Source of the DNA: Methylibium sp.
GTDB taxonomy: Bacteria > Pseudomonadota > Gammaproteobacteria > Burkholderiales > Burkholderiaceae_C
Assembly: GCF_965279545.1 (NCBI RefSeq)
Contig: NZ_OZ257250.1
Coordinates: 445,005 to 485,004, forward strand
DNA length: 40,000 nt
Reading direction: 5' to 3'
Below are positions 38,137-40,000 of the stretch, one piece after another. Position 1 is the first letter of the stretch; every line of letters starts with the position of its first letter. Made by a program: the position numbers and the translations under genes. Under the pieces are notes generated by a model. That model saw only the letters and a program-made list of their open reading frames with translations, searched no databases and had not been told where the DNA came from.

Positions 38137-38721
38137 ATGCTCGACGCACGATCCCGCACGATCTGCTGGACACCCCTTTGTAACAGGGCGCGGGAGGGTG
38201 TCGGACTGGAGCATCTGCTTCTGGCAGACCGTGCAAGTGACAGCGTTGTCCTCGCTTACGACGAGCAGCGCGGTCCGTTCCGGCTCATCTACCGCCTCGA
38301 CTGGGACGACTCGTGGCAGCTTCGCGGTGCCGAACTGGCCCTCATCACGGAGAACTCTGTCCGCTCGCTGACTCTGAAAACAGACGGCCTAGGTCACTGG
38401 CACCACGGTGATGGTCGAGTCATTGCCGAGCTCGATGGGTGCAGGGATATCGATATCTGGCCGACTCCGTTTACCAACATGTTTCCGATTCGCCGCGAGC
38501 CAATGGCTGTCGGTGAGCGGCGACGGTTCCTGATGGCTTGGGTTTTTGCGCCAGACCTGACAGTTCATCCACAGCCGCAGGCATATACGCGGCTTTCCGA
38601 TCGGCGCTACCTTTTCGAGAACCTCGATGGCAGCGGCTTCCAGGCAGAGCTTCTCGTGGACGAAGAGGACATCGTGGTGGACTACCCAGGACTGTTCCGG
38701 CGCGTGAAAACGGATCGTTGA
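38137..38721 (+). CDS. putative glycolipid-binding domain (DUF1089-like) protein
   Basis: AAGGAG Shine-Dalgarno sequence upstream of the ATG at 38137, in the frame of ORF 37987..38721. GCRDIDIWPTPFTNMFPIRR...DYPGLFRR resembles that family as I recall it. Lower GC than its neighbours. Confidence 0.6.
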   Translation: MLDARSRTICWTPLCNRAREGVGLEHLLLADRASDSVVLAYDEQRGPFRLIYRLDWDDSWQLRGAELALITENSVRSLTLKTDGLGHWHHGDGRVIAELDGCRDIDIWPTPFTNMFPIRREPMAVGERRRFLMAWVFAPDLTVHPQPQAYTRLSDRRYLFENLDGSGFQAELLVDEEDIVVDYPGLFRRVKTDR

Positions 38722-38803
38722 CCTGGAATGCCTGAACGAGGAACAGACGGCCACGCCAGAGACTGGAGACGGCCTTGTTGCTCGACAGTTGCTGCGCACG
38801 CCC

Positions 38804-39799
38804 CTACCCGTACCTCAACTCCGTCGCCTTGCCCCAGAACACCCGGTACGAGAACGCCGTGTAGGCCGCGATGGCCGGCACCGAGATGCACACGCCGATC
38901 AGGATGACCTTCAGCGCTGCCGGGCTGCTGGCGGCCTGCCAGATCGTCAGCCGGTCGATCACGACGAAGGGGTAGATGCTGTAGGCCAGCCCCAGGAAGC
39001 CGAGCACGAACACGGCGATCAGCAGCACGAAGGGCAGCCAGCACAGCTCCTTGCGCACGATCGGCTGGTCGAGCACCAGGCGCGTGGTGACGAGCGCGAT
39101 GGCGGTCGTGAGCGGGATCGCCATCAGCGCGATCACCGCGGGCAGCTCGAACCAGCGCTCGCGCACCGTGGCGCTGATCCACGGCGTGGCCAGCGAAATG
39201 AGCAGCATGCCCACGACCACCGGCCACCACGCCAGCCTGGCCCAGCGGATGGCCTTGCGCTGCAGCTCGCCTTCGGTCTTCATGATCAGCCAGGCGGCGC
39301 CGAGCAGCACGTAGGCCGCGGGCAGGGCCAGCGCGATGGCCGCTGCGAACACCGGGTAGTTCCAGCCCTCGCCGAAGCCGCTGATGTAGCGCCCCAGCAT
39401 CCAGCCCTGCGAGGTCGACGCCAGCAGCGAGCCGGCGAAGAACAGCCGGTCCCAGGTCGACTTGTGCGCGTCCCGGGCCTTGACGCGGAAGTCGAAGGCC
39501 ACGCCGCGCAGCATCAGGCCGATCAGCATCAGCGTCACCGGCAGGTAGAGCTGCGAGAGCACCAGGCCGTGCGCCTTCGGGAAGGCGATCAGCAGGATGC
39601 CGATGCCCAGCACCAGCCAGGTTTCGTTGGCGTCCCAGAACGGGCCGATCGAGGCGATCAGCACGTCCTTCTCGGCGGCGCTGGCGCGCGGCATCAGCAG
39701 GCCGACGCCGAGGTCGTAGCCGTCGCTGACGACGTAGACGAGCATCGAGATGCCCATCAGCGCCATGAAGATCAGTGGCAGGGATTGATCGAAGCTCAT
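38804..39799 (-). CDS. cydB: cytochrome bd-type quinol oxidase subunit II
   Basis: 331 aa. ...YVVSDGYDLGVGLL...GPFWDANETWLV... are CydB/CioB motifs. ATGA-type overlap with the upstream subunit I. Confidence 0.9.
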   Translation of the reverse strand: MSFDQSLPLIFMALMGISMLVYVVSDGYDLGVGLLMPRASAAEKDVLIASIGPFWDANETWLVLGIGILLIAFPKAHGLVLSQLYLPVTLMLIGLMLRGVAFDFRVKARDAHKSTWDRLFFAGSLLASTSQGWMLGRYISGFGEGWNYPVFAAAIALALPAAYVLLGAAWLIMKTEGELQRKAIRWARLAWWPVVVGMLLISLATPWISATVRERWFELPAVIALMAIPLTTAIALVTTRLVLDQPIVRKELCWLPFVLLIAVFVLGFLGLAYSIYPFVVIDRLTIWQAASSPAALKVILIGVCISVPAIAAYTAFSYRVFWGKATELRYG

Positions 39800-40000
39800 G
39801 CGGCACCTCCCTTCACCAGCGCGGCGGCGGCGCGGCCTTCGGCCTGCTCCAGCGCGTCGGGCTGCAGCACGTCTTCGGGTTTCTCGGCCATGTACTTCAG
39901 CACGCTCACGTAGGCCACGATCAGCGCGAGGTAGAGCGTCACGTACAGCGCGAAGCTGAGCGCGATCATCGGCGTGGGCACGTTGGTCGAGGCCACGTCG
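39796..40000 (-). CDS. cydA: cytochrome bd-type quinol oxidase subunit I, C-terminal fragment (5' end beyond the window)
   Basis: The frame stays open to the window edge. It has a hydrophobic C-terminal helix and lies immediately upstream of, and overlapping, cydB. Confidence 0.75.
   Translation of the reverse strand, partial: DVASTNVPTPMIALSFALYVTLYLALIVAYVSVLKYMAEKPEDVLQPDALEQAEGRAAAALVKGGAA

Overview
High-GC (roughly 70% by eye) proteobacterial chromosome segment. The gene content fits a methylotrophy-capable, Burkholderiales-type betaproteobacterium, but that is inference only. No rRNA, tRNA, CRISPR array, transposase or integrase was seen.

Layout:
1. 1-16.8 kb: archaeal-like C1 module. 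It holds methanofuran/H4MPT cofactor genes (HisA/F-like, three ATP-grasp ligases, MfnF-, MfnE- and MfnB-like, DUF447, DHPS-like, AfpA/DmrB-like flavoprotein, FolB-like, CitG-like, MptG), plus fae, mch, mtdB and an embedded AcoR-type sigma54 activator.
2. 17.2-19.4 kb: HisKA_3 sensor kinase with a NarL-type response regulator.
3. 19.4-21.6 kb: low-GC island with orphan genes and strong palindromes.
4. 21.6-24.3 kb: a four-gene operon of unknown function, chained by two ATGA overlaps and one 14-bp gap (MotA/ExbB-like, ExbD-like TM with a non-canonical periplasmic domain, membrane protein, lipoprotein). This is my best candidate for an undescribed system.
5. 24.4-29.4 kb: ABC-2 exporter followed by pqqBCDE. 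I found no recognisable pqqA, and a 110-bp insertion sits at the pqqB/pqqC junction.
6. 29.7-30.7 kb: proline-iminopeptidase-like hydrolase.
7. 30.9-37.7 kb: a second AcoR-type regulator whose GAFTGA loop reads GVFPGA, divergent from an AorABC-type (tungsten) aldehyde oxidoreductase operon with a MoaD-like gene.
8. 38.1-38.7 kb: a lower-GC DUF1089-like gene.
9. 38.8-40.0 kb: cydB and the 3' end of cydA.

Several small repeat families mark gene junctions: a REP-like palindrome read through in frame, a stop-codon-adjacent motif in three copies, a ~170-bp dispersed repeat with a long inverted arm, and junction duplications at the mtdB and pqqB/C ends.

Many long ORFs in the supplied track are antisense or out-of-frame high-GC artefacts and are not reported as genes. 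All functional calls rest on my own reading of the translations against remembered family motifs. No database search was run.
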